Source of the DNA: Smithellaceae bacterium
GTDB taxonomy: Bacteria; Desulfobacterota; Syntrophia; Syntrophales; Smithellaceae
NCBI GenBank assembly: GCA_963667845.2
Contig: CAXXVL010000002.1
Span: 1,408,001-1,472,000, forward strand
Reading direction: 5' to 3'
DNA: 64,000 nt
The notes beneath the pieces are model-generated. The model did not search any database. It worked only from the letters and a program-made list of their open reading frames with translations, and was not told where the DNA came from. The position numbers and the translations under genes were made by a program. Shown here in pieces: positions 30,645 through 40,121 of the stretch (within the stretch, counting starts at the first letter, position 1; every line of letters begins with the position of its first letter).

Positions 30645-31373
30645 GTGAAAAATAGAATTTTCCTGCTTCTGATGGTGATGCTTCAGATGGTTTGCCTCAC
30701 GGCAATTGCCGGCGCGGAGCAAAATACAATCCGTGTCATGGATGTCGGAAAGCTGATGTCCGGCATGACTTCATCGGAAAAAATAGTCGTGATTGACGCC
30801 GGCAGTCTGCTTGCGTGTCTGGACGCCAAAATTCCCGGCGCCGTATGTCTGCCCTGCGATGATGACCGCGGCAAACCTTTTTTTTCTTCATTGCCGAAGG
30901 TGGCTAAAATTGTTTTTTATACGGCCTACCAGCCGTTAGATCAAAACTGCAGTCTGATCCGGGAGGCGAGTTCGGCAGGATTTACGGACCTCTTCATTCT
31001 GGAGGGCGGGCTTGTCTCGTGGCGAAAGGCCGGCAATCCTGTTGTTTCGGATAAAAGAATACCGCGCGTCGCGGATTACGCGGTGAAGCCGCGCAACCTT
31101 TCCGAATGGCAAAAGAAGGCCAAAAACCCATTGCTGATCGATATCCGTTCCCCTGAAGCTTTTTCCGCGGGGCATCTCGACGGGGCGGTGAACTTTCCAT
31201 TGACACGACTGCATGTGCAATATGCGGACATCCCCCTGGATCGGACGCTTTTGATTGTAGATGAAGACGGGCGGGCCGGTTTTCTGGCGGCAAGCTATCT
31301 GGCCCGCAAGGGATTTATGAACGCATCCAGGCTGCAAGGCGGCATGGCCAACACCAAACGGGGAGTGCAATGA
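30645..31373 (+). CDS. Exported double rhodanese-like domain protein, apparently non-catalytic
   Basis: Signal peptide; KIPGAVCLP...LEGGLVSW and GHLDGAVNFP...LQGGM; no Cys at the expected loop positions (VFYTAY, LIVDEDG). Confidence 0.8.
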   Translation: MKNRIFLLLMVMLQMVCLTAIAGAEQNTIRVMDVGKLMSGMTSSEKIVVIDAGSLLACLDAKIPGAVCLPCDDDRGKPFFSSLPKVAKIVFYTAYQPLDQNCSLIREASSAGFTDLFILEGGLVSWRKAGNPVVSDKRIPRVADYAVKPRNLSEWQKKAKNPLLIDIRSPEAFSAGHLDGAVNFPLTRLHVQYADIPLDRTLLIVDEDGRAGFLAASYLARKGFMNASRLQGGMANTKRGVQ

Positions 31374-33217
31374 AAAGACCTTTCTTTCATGCGTTATTTT
31401 TGATCGCCGCTGCCTGTCTGCTCACGATTCCTGCGCCGGCGAATGCGCAGGCGAAAACGGCGGCATGTCAGACCTGTCATTCCGATGCAGCGTTTGGTGA
31501 TTCGTTTGCCGCATCGGTTCACGGCAACAATTCCTGCACCAGCTGCCATACGGGGATCGATAATATTGCGAGGCACAGTGCAGGCGAAAAAAGATCAAAT
31601 CCCGTCCGCTGCTCAAGCTGCCATAAAGAAGTTGCTGATTTATACAAAGCAGATGTCCACGCCGTCTCCGAGAACATGACGTGCTCGGACTGCCACCAGA
31701 AAATCCACGCGATTCGGAAATCAGCTAAGTCCCCGAAAATAGCGGCGACCGAACAGTGTCTGACCTGCCATGCACCGGAAGATTATGCGCTTCTGGGTCA
31801 CGGACGTGCCGTGCTTGCCGGCAATGTGGATTCGGCGGCGTGTACGGATTGTCACAGTCTGCACAAAATCATGCTCTACGGCGGTGCGTCAGCAAAGGAA
31901 AGAGCGGCGCAAAAGGAGGCCTACACCCGGAAATGCAAATCTTGTCATGCCGATAAGGCGCTCGCCGCCCGGAATAATTTGCCGACGGCAGTGGCTGATA
32001 CCTATGATCAGACCTATCACGGTAAGGTTATGGAGATCGGGTTTCCTCAACGGGTTGCCGGATGCGCCGATTGTCACACCGGCCACAACACACTGAAGGC
32101 AAGCGATCCCCGCGCCGCACTATATCCGGACAATCTGTATAAGTCATGTAAAGCCTGTCATGTGACTATTCACAAGCGCTTTGCCTCCTTTGAGCCCCAT
32201 CCCGGAGCCGCCAGAGGGAGGACTTACCGTTCCCTGCATATCGCCGAGATATTCATGATTATTCTTTTGGCCGGTGTATTCGCGTTTTTCTGGCTGCACA
32301 CGGTGCTGTGGTGGCGGCGCGCCTATCTGGACAAGTGCCGTCTGCACAAAGCCGGATTCATCGAAAATACAATTGGGCCGGAATGCCGCGACGAAAAGCA
32401 GATTCAGCGATTTCCCCTGATTCAGCGGATCATGCATGTGCTGCTGATTCTTTCCTTCTTCACGCTGGTCCTGACCGGCTTTCCGCTGAAGTATGCCGGA
32501 ACCGCGTGGGCAAAGGTGCTCGTCAACATGTGGGGCGGCCCGGAAATGTCCGGTATCTTCCACCGCATCGCGGCCTCCATTTTGTGCCTGCTCTTTTTCT
32601 ATACCCTTTGGCTGTCGATTCGGTTCCTGTTTCCGAAGTGGCAATGGCGCGGCTGGATCGGACGTCTGATCGGTCCGGATTCATTGTTTCCCAACCTCAA
32701 GGATCTTCGGGACATCAAAGGAATGTTCTTGTGGTTCTTCGGCAAAGGGCCGATGCCGAAGTTTGACCGCTGGACCTATTGGGAGAAATTCGATTTTCTG
32801 GCCGTATTCTGGGGCATGACCGCTATCGGCCTTTCCGGGTTCATGCTGTGGTTCCCCGGAGCCTTCTCTTATGTCGTACCGGGCTGGGTCATCAATATTG
32901 CTACCATCGTGCACTCGGAAGAGGCCTATCTGGCGGCTGTCTTCATTTTCACGGTGCATTTCTTCAACAACCACATCGTGCCCAACAAGTTTCCTCTCGA
33001 GCCGAACATCTTTACCGGTCGGTATCGTCTGGAGGCGATGCGTGAAGAGCGGGAATTGGAATACGAGCGTATGGTTGCCGAGGGTAAACTGGAATCCCTC
33101 AAACGTGAGGGTCCCGGCCTGTGGACGCAGCTGTTTGCTTCCGTGTTCGGCCTAGCCAGTCTGGTTCTCGGACTTCTGCTGCTGGGTCTTATTTTCTACG
33201 CCGTGATATTCTATTAG
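31370..33217 (+). CDS. Nine-heme cytochrome c fused to a membrane cytochrome b domain (CbcL-like architecture)
   Basis: 9 CxxCH, then TM helices with His ligands (RIMH, IFHR, IVHSEEA, VHFFNNH) and the FDRWTYWEKFDFLAVFWG motif. Confidence 0.88.
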   Translation: MKRPFFHALFLIAAACLLTIPAPANAQAKTAACQTCHSDAAFGDSFAASVHGNNSCTSCHTGIDNIARHSAGEKRSNPVRCSSCHKEVADLYKADVHAVSENMTCSDCHQKIHAIRKSAKSPKIAATEQCLTCHAPEDYALLGHGRAVLAGNVDSAACTDCHSLHKIMLYGGASAKERAAQKEAYTRKCKSCHADKALAARNNLPTAVADTYDQTYHGKVMEIGFPQRVAGCADCHTGHNTLKASDPRAALYPDNLYKSCKACHVTIHKRFASFEPHPGAARGRTYRSLHIAEIFMIILLAGVFAFFWLHTVLWWRRAYLDKCRLHKAGFIENTIGPECRDEKQIQRFPLIQRIMHVLLILSFFTLVLTGFPLKYAGTAWAKVLVNMWGGPEMSGIFHRIAASILCLLFFYTLWLSIRFLFPKWQWRGWIGRLIGPDSLFPNLKDLRDIKGMFLWFFGKGPMPKFDRWTYWEKFDFLAVFWGMTAIGLSGFMLWFPGAFSYVVPGWVINIATIVHSEEAYLAAVFIFTVHFFNNHIVPNKFPLEPNIFTGRYRLEAMREERELEYERMVAEGKLESLKREGPGLWTQLFASVFGLASLVLGLLLLGLIFYAVIFY

Positions 33218-33704
33218 ATCGACTCAAATCCCGGAAGCGAAGCGCCCGGGATTTGTTAGTCGATCTTGTCCCGCAAAGCGAAGCGTCGCGGGGTTAGATC
33301 CACCTTAAGAGAAGGCGGTCGAAGCGCCCGGGATTTGTTAGTCGATCTTATCCCGCAGAGCGAAGCGTCGCGGGGTTAGATCCACCTTAAGAGAAGGCAG
33401 TCGAAGCGCCCGGGATTTGTTTAGTCGATCTTATCCCGCAGAGCGAAGCGTCGCGGGGTTAGATCCACCTTAAGAGAAGGCAGTCGAAGCGCCCGGGATT
33501 TGTTAGTCGCTCTTATCCCGCAAAGCGAAGCGTCGCGGGGTTAGATCCACCTTAAGAGAAGGCGGTCGAAGCGCCCGGAATTTGTTAGTCGATCTTATCG
33601 TGGCGTACCGAAGTGAAGCGGGGCTAGATCCACCTTAAGCGTAGGCAAGTCGCCCGGAATTTGTTAGTCGATCTTGTCGGGGCAAAGCGAAGCGTCGCGG
33701 GGTC
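33217..33704. repeat. Tandem array of an 82-bp palindromic (REP/BIME-like) unit, about 6 copies
   Basis: GAAGCGCCCGG(G/A)ATTTG starts at 33239, 33321, 33403, 33486 and 33568, with a degenerate copy near 33650; no unique spacers. Confidence 0.92.
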
Positions 33705-33797
33705 AGGGCGACATTGTTATGAATAGCTTGACTTTTTTCAGCGCGTTCTTAGATTAACCCGGACGCGCGGTAATAAAACATCCAGGAGAAAATTCTT

Positions 33798-35183
33798 TTG
33801 ACAAAAAACAAATCCGGCATCTGGTCTTTCTTTTCCTCGGTTCAACTGGCCATTGTTCTTCTCTCGCTCATCGCTTTTTTTGCCGTGATCGGAACGATTG
33901 TCCCTCAGCGGGAAGCTGCCGCAGAGCTGTCGGGCAGTCTGTCGCCAACCTTATTTGCATTTCTCACGAAGATGCAGATTTTCGATCTTTATCACTCCGT
34001 CTGGTTTTTTCTTCTGACGGGGCTCTTGGCGGTAAACCTGATCATCTGTTCACTGGATCGATTTCCCATGGCCTGGCGGCGTTTCCGCATGAAGCCTTCA
34101 CCCCTTAATGAAGATGCCTTTAAAGGCCTTCCCGCAGATAACACTTTCCCGGCGAAAGCGGATAAACAAAAAGCCGCAGATGCCGCCGCTTTACTCCTGA
34201 AAAAAAAATACCGGGCGTTTACCCGGGCCGATGAGGAGGATAGCATTTCCTTTTGCGTCCAAAAAGGCCGTTTTTCTCATTTCGGCGTCTATATTGTTCA
34301 CGTGAGTTTTCTGGTTCTCATTGCGGGAGCGATTATCGGTTCGGTGTTCGGCACTGAAGGATATGTTAATATCACCGAGGGCGAGACGATCAGCAGCATC
34401 AATTTGCGCAGCAATAACCAACCGATGCCCCTGCCGTTTTCCGTGCGCTGTGACAAATTCACGGTGGAATTTTACGAAACCGGCGCGCCCAAGACGTTTC
34501 AATCGGATCTGGCCTTTCTGAAGAATAACAAAACGGTCTTGTCGGGAAAGCTTCGCGTCAATCATCCTATTGCTTTCGAGGGATTCCGTTTTTACCAGGC
34601 AAGCTACGGTGCGGCCCCGGGGGGGAAAGCGACGCTGGTCTTGACCACAGACGGCAGCCGCGATGTCATGAATGTGGCGGCGGGATTCACATTTGACCTG
34701 CCGGGCAAAGAAGGGACCTTCGAAGTTTTAAGAGTCGAGCAGAATCTGATGAAGATGGGGCCCGCGGTCAAAGTCACCATCCGGTCCAAAAAAGAAGAGG
34801 CAACGTTTTGGGTTTTCCGGGATATCGACAAGATCAAACAACTGAGCCCGGATATCTTTGAACAGGTTCCGATGTTCAATCCAAGCCTTTTCCGTCCCTA
34901 CACGTTTACCCTGTCCGGACTCGAAGAGAAATATTATACCGGCCTGCAGGTCACCCGCGATCCGGGGACACCGGTTGTCGCTTGCGCGGCCCTGCTTTTG
35001 ATCGGCGGATTGATGATCATTTTGTTTACCTATGCGCGCTCGATCTGGGTACGGGTCGATCAGAAAAAAGATAAGGTCCTGATCAGCATTGCCGGACGAA
35101 GCTATAAGAATCAGGCCGGGCTGGAAAAAGAAATACAATACCTGCTCTCTGAGCTCAGGGATAATCTGGAGACGTCCAAATGA
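33798..35183 (+). CDS. resB: Cytochrome c biogenesis protein ResB/Ccs1 (system II)
   Basis: GTIVPQ, DLYHSVWF, NLIICSLDR, VNHP, FYQASY, YTGLQVTRDPG; TTG start after AGGAG. Confidence 0.88.
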   Translation: MTKNKSGIWSFFSSVQLAIVLLSLIAFFAVIGTIVPQREAAAELSGSLSPTLFAFLTKMQIFDLYHSVWFFLLTGLLAVNLIICSLDRFPMAWRRFRMKPSPLNEDAFKGLPADNTFPAKADKQKAADAAALLLKKKYRAFTRADEEDSISFCVQKGRFSHFGVYIVHVSFLVLIAGAIIGSVFGTEGYVNITEGETISSINLRSNNQPMPLPFSVRCDKFTVEFYETGAPKTFQSDLAFLKNNKTVLSGKLRVNHPIAFEGFRFYQASYGAAPGGKATLVLTTDGSRDVMNVAAGFTFDLPGKEGTFEVLRVEQNLMKMGPAVKVTIRSKKEEATFWVFRDIDKIKQLSPDIFEQVPMFNPSLFRPYTFTLSGLEEKYYTGLQVTRDPGTPVVACAALLLIGGLMIILFTYARSIWVRVDQKKDKVLISIAGRSYKNQAGLEKEIQYLLSELRDNLETSK

Positions 35184-36025
35184 TCAATACCACCATTTTG
35201 AGTTGGGTGACTTTCGTCTATTTTGCCGCATTTGTTTTTTATCTTTTCCGGATGATCCTGGGAAAGGAATTCTGGGGGAAAATCGCAACCTGGGTGGCCT
35301 TTGCCGGACTTGTTGCCCAGAGCATCGCGCTCATCATCCGCTGGAAAACATCCTACGACCTCGGCATGGGGCATGCCCCGCTGTCCAATTTTTACGAGTC
35401 GCTGATCTTTTTCGCCTGGACCATTGTGATGCTTTATCTGCTCATGGAATGGCGGATGAAGAACCGCAGCATCGGCGTTTTTGTCATGCCGGTGGCTTTT
35501 CTGATTATGGCGTATGCCTCTATCGCGCCGGGAATCAACAGTCGCATTGAACCCCTGATTCCCGCGCTGCAAAGCAACTGGCTGACTTCCCATGTCCTGA
35601 CGTGCTTCATGGGGTATGCGTCATTCACCGTGGCGTTCGCGCTGGGCATCATATTTCTGATCAAGGGTAAGGAGAACGGGAAGGATTCCCCAGCCGGAGG
35701 GCTTGACCGTCGGCTCCCTTCAGAATATCAAATGGATGAGCTGATGTATTCCAGCACTGCCCTGGGGTTCATATTCCTGACGCTGGGGATCGCCACCGGT
35801 TCGGTCTGGGCGCATTATGCCTGGGGCTCTTACTGGAGCTGGGACCCGAAGGAGACGTGGTCGTTGATTACGTGGCTGGTGTATGCCGTCATGCTGCATG
35901 CCCGGCTGGTGCGCGGCTGGAGGGGTCGGCGCATGGCCATCATGGCGATTGTCGGATTCGCCTGTGTCTTGTTTACCTATCTGGGTGTAAATTTGCTGCC
36001 CAGCCTGCACAGCTACATGAGCTGA
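35180..36025 (+). CDS. ccsA: Cytochrome c biogenesis protein CcsA/ResC (system II heme synthase)
   Basis: PLSNFYES, PALQSNWL..HV, WGSYWSWDPKETW (WWD domain), LHSY. Confidence 0.92.
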   Translation: MINTTILSWVTFVYFAAFVFYLFRMILGKEFWGKIATWVAFAGLVAQSIALIIRWKTSYDLGMGHAPLSNFYESLIFFAWTIVMLYLLMEWRMKNRSIGVFVMPVAFLIMAYASIAPGINSRIEPLIPALQSNWLTSHVLTCFMGYASFTVAFALGIIFLIKGKENGKDSPAGGLDRRLPSEYQMDELMYSSTALGFIFLTLGIATGSVWAHYAWGSYWSWDPKETWSLITWLVYAVMLHARLVRGWRGRRMAIMAIVGFACVLFTYLGVNLLPSLHSYMS

Positions 36026-36238
36026 TACCACATCCAAAGGAAGTATTTGCCATTTGGGTAAATACTCCCGCCAAGGGAACCATTTACCGGGCGCTCCGCT
36101 CACGGGAGAGCGCGACCCGGCAAAACACTATCTTTGTTGGAGCCGCACACCGGCCAGGGGTCGCCCGAACGCATGAATCCGCGCGCTTCCGGTGCATCGT
36201 CCGGCCGCTGTGCTATCATCTTTGCCGTCCAAGCGGCT

Positions 36239-36697
36239 TCACTTTTTGAGAAATTCCAATATCTCGTTGATATCCGGAAGTTCCCGCATGGGATAGACTT
36301 TGACAAAGGCTGCTTTTCGTTCACCATCCAGAATGATGTTGGCCCGTTCCGAGAAACCGAACTTGTCGATGAAGATCCCCAACTTCGCCGCGAGACCGCC
36401 GTGCGGCCAGAAATCGGCCAGCATGTCGACTTTTTCGATTCCCAGGCTTTTGGCCCAGGCTTTCTTGCAGGGAGCGGAATCCACAGACACGCCCAGAGGG
36501 ATGGTATTTTGCGACTCAAAGACATCAAAATGGGTCTCGAGCGACTGCATCTGCCTGGCGCAAACGTCCGTCCAGGCCAGGGGATGAAATGACAGGAGAA
36601 TCTTCTTCCCTGAAAGCTGAGCCGTATCGATCGGCACATCCCGCTGACATTTCAGAGAAAAGTCTCCGAACACATCGCCGACTTTGATCCTGTCCAT
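36239..36697 (-). CDS. Peroxiredoxin (AhpC/TSA family)
   Basis: FHPLAWTDVC peroxidatic motif, GVSVDS, ADFWPHG, SERA. Confidence 0.85.
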   Translation of the reverse strand: MDRIKVGDVFGDFSLKCQRDVPIDTAQLSGKKILLSFHPLAWTDVCARQMQSLETHFDVFESQNTIPLGVSVDSAPCKKAWAKSLGIEKVDMLADFWPHGGLAAKLGIFIDKFGFSERANIILDGERKAAFVKVYPMRELPDINEILEFLKK

Positions 36698-36974
36698 TTT
36701 ATGTTCTCCTTTTATCCGAAAAAACGCAGAGAAAAAACAACCACACGAAATAATTCTGTAATGAGTTAAATAACACTGATGATGGATGTCAAGCCCTCAA
36801 AAGGATTTGATCAAGCGAGTCGGCAGGGCGCGGCTTCGCAATGCGCAGGCCTGCGAGAGTTTTGCGAAGTGGGTTGCGGTTATTCCGGGCGAGCGTTCTG
36901 ACTTCAGCGCCTGCCGGGCGAGCGGCCGTTTTAAATATATTCTAACGGATTCCGGACAACCGCTCAGTCCCGGT

Positions 36975-37673
36975 TTAGTCGATGGACATCAGCGATTGCC
37001 AGCGCTCCCATTCCGTGGCGTGCGGCAGGCCATGGGCTTTGATCAGTTTTAAGATCGGCTCCTCGTTGAATCGCAAATAGGGATTAATTTTCCGCTCAAA
37101 GGCGAGCGTGGAATAAAGAAAGTCCGGATCAAGGGTTAGGCGGAAGCGTTCGATGTCCTGATTTTGCGGCTCCAGGTGCTTCGCAAAAGCCAGAGAATCG
37201 CGGATATAGTCGTGCCCCGCAAATACGCGCGTTTCGTCAGGCAAGGCCCTGAGACGCAGGATGGAATTGAAAAATCCCTTCAGGTCGCCGGTGAAGCAAT
37301 TGCCGACTGTGCCGTTAAAGAGCGTGTCGCCGGTAATGAGGTTGTTGCCGGTATGAAAACAGACTGAATCCGTGGAGTGTCCCGGAGTCCGGTAAACGGT
37401 GATCGTCTCGCCGTCCACCAGGATCGTTTCATTGTCGGCCAGCATCGCGCAATCAAGAAACCGGGCCTTTGTTTTCTTAAGCAGATGGTCATCTCCCGGC
37501 GTATGGTCGTAATGCCGATGCGTATTGGTGACAAATTTGAGCGTCAGCCGGTTGGCGTCCAGGAAAGACAGTATTTCCTGCCAGGCTCCGCCGTCAATCG
37601 CCATTGCCTCCGTCGTGCCGTAAAGCAGGTATGCTAAATTATCGCCGTAGCGAAATTGTTCAATGCCGAGCAT
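36975..37673 (-). CDS. Metallo-beta-lactamase fold hydrolase (glyoxalase II-like)
   Basis: THRHYDH, TPGHS, TGDTLF, GHDY, NPYLR. Confidence 0.85.
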   Translation of the reverse strand: MLGIEQFRYGDNLAYLLYGTTEAMAIDGGAWQEILSFLDANRLTLKFVTNTHRHYDHTPGDDHLLKKTKARFLDCAMLADNETILVDGETITVYRTPGHSTDSVCFHTGNNLITGDTLFNGTVGNCFTGDLKGFFNSILRLRALPDETRVFAGHDYIRDSLAFAKHLEPQNQDIERFRLTLDPDFLYSTLAFERKINPYLRFNEEPILKLIKAHGLPHATEWERWQSLMSID

Positions 37674-37682
37674 AGGGTTCCT

Positions 37683-38222
37683 TTATTTTACGATTTTAAA
37701 AATATCTCTGGCCTTCGGATCGGCCGCGGTACGCAGCAATTCGAATAAAACCATTTCCGTGGACGTAATGTGCGCCCCGGCGCTTTTGATGGCCTGAATG
37801 CCGATCTCACGGTTTTCGGCCGTCCGTGACGAGACGGCGTCGGCAACCAGATGAACGGTATACCCGTTGGATATCAAATCGAGCGCCGTCTGATACACAC
37901 AGATATGGCACTCGATGCCCGTCAGCACGACATGCCGGCGGGTGAGCGATTCCAGCTGGTCATGAAAAGATGCGTTGGCCCAGCAGCTGAAGGTTTCCTT
38001 GGCAATCGGCCTGACGCCGGTGAGGTCCCCCGCCAGTTGGGGAATGGTCGGCCCCATTTTTTCCGGAATATGCTCTGTCACCATGACCGGCAGGTTCAGC
38101 GCCTTGAATCCCTGAATCAATTTGACGTTATTGGCAAATAGATTTTCCTGGTCCACCATGACCTGGGACAGCTTGCCCTGAAAGTCGATCATAATTAAAA
38201 CGGCGGCGGTGCGGCTTAGCAT
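37683..38222 (-). CDS. Isochorismatase-family hydrolase
   Basis: IDFQGKL, KETFSC, GIECHICVYQT, ADAVSSR; start at 38222 after GGAGG. Confidence 0.85.
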   Translation of the reverse strand: MLSRTAAVLIMIDFQGKLSQVMVDQENLFANNVKLIQGFKALNLPVMVTEHIPEKMGPTIPQLAGDLTGVRPIAKETFSCWANASFHDQLESLTRRHVVLTGIECHICVYQTALDLISNGYTVHLVADAVSSRTAENREIGIQAIKSAGAHITSTEMVLFELLRTAADPKARDIFKIVK

Positions 38223-38330
38223 GATTCCTCCGGTGTTTATCGTTCTTGATGCGACAAGATAGTTAATTTGCTTAATTCTTGTCAATCAATATTATTACTG
38301 GTAAAAGAAAGCAAAAAGGGAAGAAACCCC

Positions 38331-39119
38331 ATGCTGCCCACTGTCCAAAATATCATGCTTCATGAATACCGCGAAGGCACGCTCGCCTGCGTGTCGCTGC
38401 CGTTTTCCACCGAATATGCCGTACTCTTGAAAGTCAACGGCAGCCCGTATGTGACGATGGCCTGCTCCGGCAATTATCTGCGGGAGCATATTACCGGCTA
38501 CCTGATCACGGAGGGAATCATCAGCGGCACGGACCAGGTGGAAAGAATGGACATCGACGAAGCCAATCTGACCGTCAACGCCGTTTTGATTAACGATGGC
38601 ATCATCGCCGACAAACTCGAGCGCATTAAGACCATTTCGGCGGCCGGTGGAAGAAGCAAAAAGAACCTCCCTCCTGAGGATCTGATCCGCAGGAGTCTTC
38701 CCGAGGTGCGGGCCCAAGTCATCCTGCAATCCATGAGCGAGTTTCTGACCTATTCGCGGGAGCATGAAGCCACGCACGGGGTGCACGGCGCCGCTCTGTA
38801 TTCGCTTGCCGGAGAGCGCCTGGCATTTTTCGACGAGATCGGAAGGCACAACGCCATCGATAAAATTATCGGTTACGCGGCCCTGAACAGGCTGGGCCTG
38901 GAAGATAAAATGATCTGTTCGACCGGCCGGATATCCAGTGAAATTGCTTTCAAATTCATTAATGCCCGTGCGCCTGTGCTGATCACGCGGGCATCGCCCA
39001 CGACGATGAGCGTCGGGCTGCTGCGGCACTATAATATCTTAAGTATTGTCCGTGCCATCAACGGTCGGTTCTACGTTGTGAACGGGAAAGAAAATATTGT
39101 TTTGCCCTGCCGGGACTGA
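38331..39119 (+). CDS. fdhD: FdhD/NarQ family sulfur-carrier homologue
   Basis: GYLITEG, THGVHGAAL, IGRHNAIDKIIG, TGRISSE, ASPT motifs. Confidence 0.82.
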   Translation: MLPTVQNIMLHEYREGTLACVSLPFSTEYAVLLKVNGSPYVTMACSGNYLREHITGYLITEGIISGTDQVERMDIDEANLTVNAVLINDGIIADKLERIKTISAAGGRSKKNLPPEDLIRRSLPEVRAQVILQSMSEFLTYSREHEATHGVHGAALYSLAGERLAFFDEIGRHNAIDKIIGYAALNRLGLEDKMICSTGRISSEIAFKFINARAPVLITRASPTTMSVGLLRHYNILSIVRAINGRFYVVNGKENIVLPCRD

Positions 39120-39161
39120 AAGCCTGCGCCGCAGATTTTTTAAATTTATTGGGGGCGCCCC

Positions 39162-39791
39162 ATGAATCGGATTATTGCCGCCGTAAATTTCTGTATTTCA
39201 GGATATTTCATTGTCAATATCATCAGGCACATGATTCGGCCCGGGATGAATTCGGGATATACACGCATGCTGATGTTTGCCTTGCTGGCAACCATTCCGC
39301 TGGTCTTCATGCTGATGATGGTCGCGGGCAGGGAACGGTGGTTGTTTCTTCTGGAGCGCGCCAAAGAAATGGCCGGAGGCGGCCCGCTGATGATTCTCCT
39401 GCTCGCGGGTCTGGTTATTCTGGCGATTGTGCTGCCGCTCGGACTGCTGGGCGGCATCTGGTATGGCATGGGTTTTCAGTTCGGCACCCTGTTTATTCTC
39501 TATTTTGTCCCGATCATCTCGCGGCTCATTTTCAATACCACTCAGCAATCGGTCGTGTCTGCCATCATGCAGGGACTGCTTTTCTTTGCTTCCTTTTTAA
39601 TCGGAATAACTATTGTCGGAGTGATGGAGCGCTTCGGCTCGGGCGTGCAGATCTATGACACGCATCTGCAACTGGTCTGGCCCGGCTATCGTGACGCGGC
39701 CAAAATGTTTTTCAGCGTCTGTGTCTTCGCACTGACGAACCAGCTGATCGCGGTTTATTATGAGGTCCAGTCCCTGCTGGGCCGCAATTAA
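39162..39791 (+). CDS. Hypothetical integral membrane protein
   Basis: About 6 hydrophobic segments in 209 aa. Confidence 0.7.
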   Translation: MNRIIAAVNFCISGYFIVNIIRHMIRPGMNSGYTRMLMFALLATIPLVFMLMMVAGRERWLFLLERAKEMAGGGPLMILLLAGLVILAIVLPLGLLGGIWYGMGFQFGTLFILYFVPIISRLIFNTTQQSVVSAIMQGLLFFASFLIGITIVGVMERFGSGVQIYDTHLQLVWPGYRDAAKMFFSVCVFALTNQLIAVYYEVQSLLGRN

Positions 39792-40121
39792 ACATGGCGA
39801 TCTTATTCGGCGGGCGGCCTTCCGGCCTCGGCGGCGGCGCCCCGGGTATAGTCTTCAGATCCAATACCGACGGCCGGATCAAACCGGCAAACCCCTTGCC
39901 CGATTGAAAAGTCAAAGCCGCCTCATCGATCAATAATACCTGCGGACTCCTGCTGCCAGCCCGCTGAGAAGGGCATCCGTTTCCCGAATGGATTTGCAGG
40001 GAATTCAATATGACCGGCTGTTGCATCACGGGAAGATAGATCTTGAAAACGTTTACAAAATGTTGCTTACTGCGATAACGATCTTTGATGAAAAGCACGA
40101 CGATGGAAAGGAGCAGATCTG

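Noticed and set aside
33217..33704. CRISPR array
   Set aside because: Whole 82-bp units repeat with no unique spacers, and no cas genes are in the window.
36239..36697. Second selenoprotein candidate (peroxiredoxin)
   Set aside because: Peroxidatic position is an ordinary Cys; the ORF has no in-frame TGA.
39712..40098. 128-aa minus-strand ORF
   Set aside because: No recognisable motif, overlaps the upstream gene end, no clear RBS.
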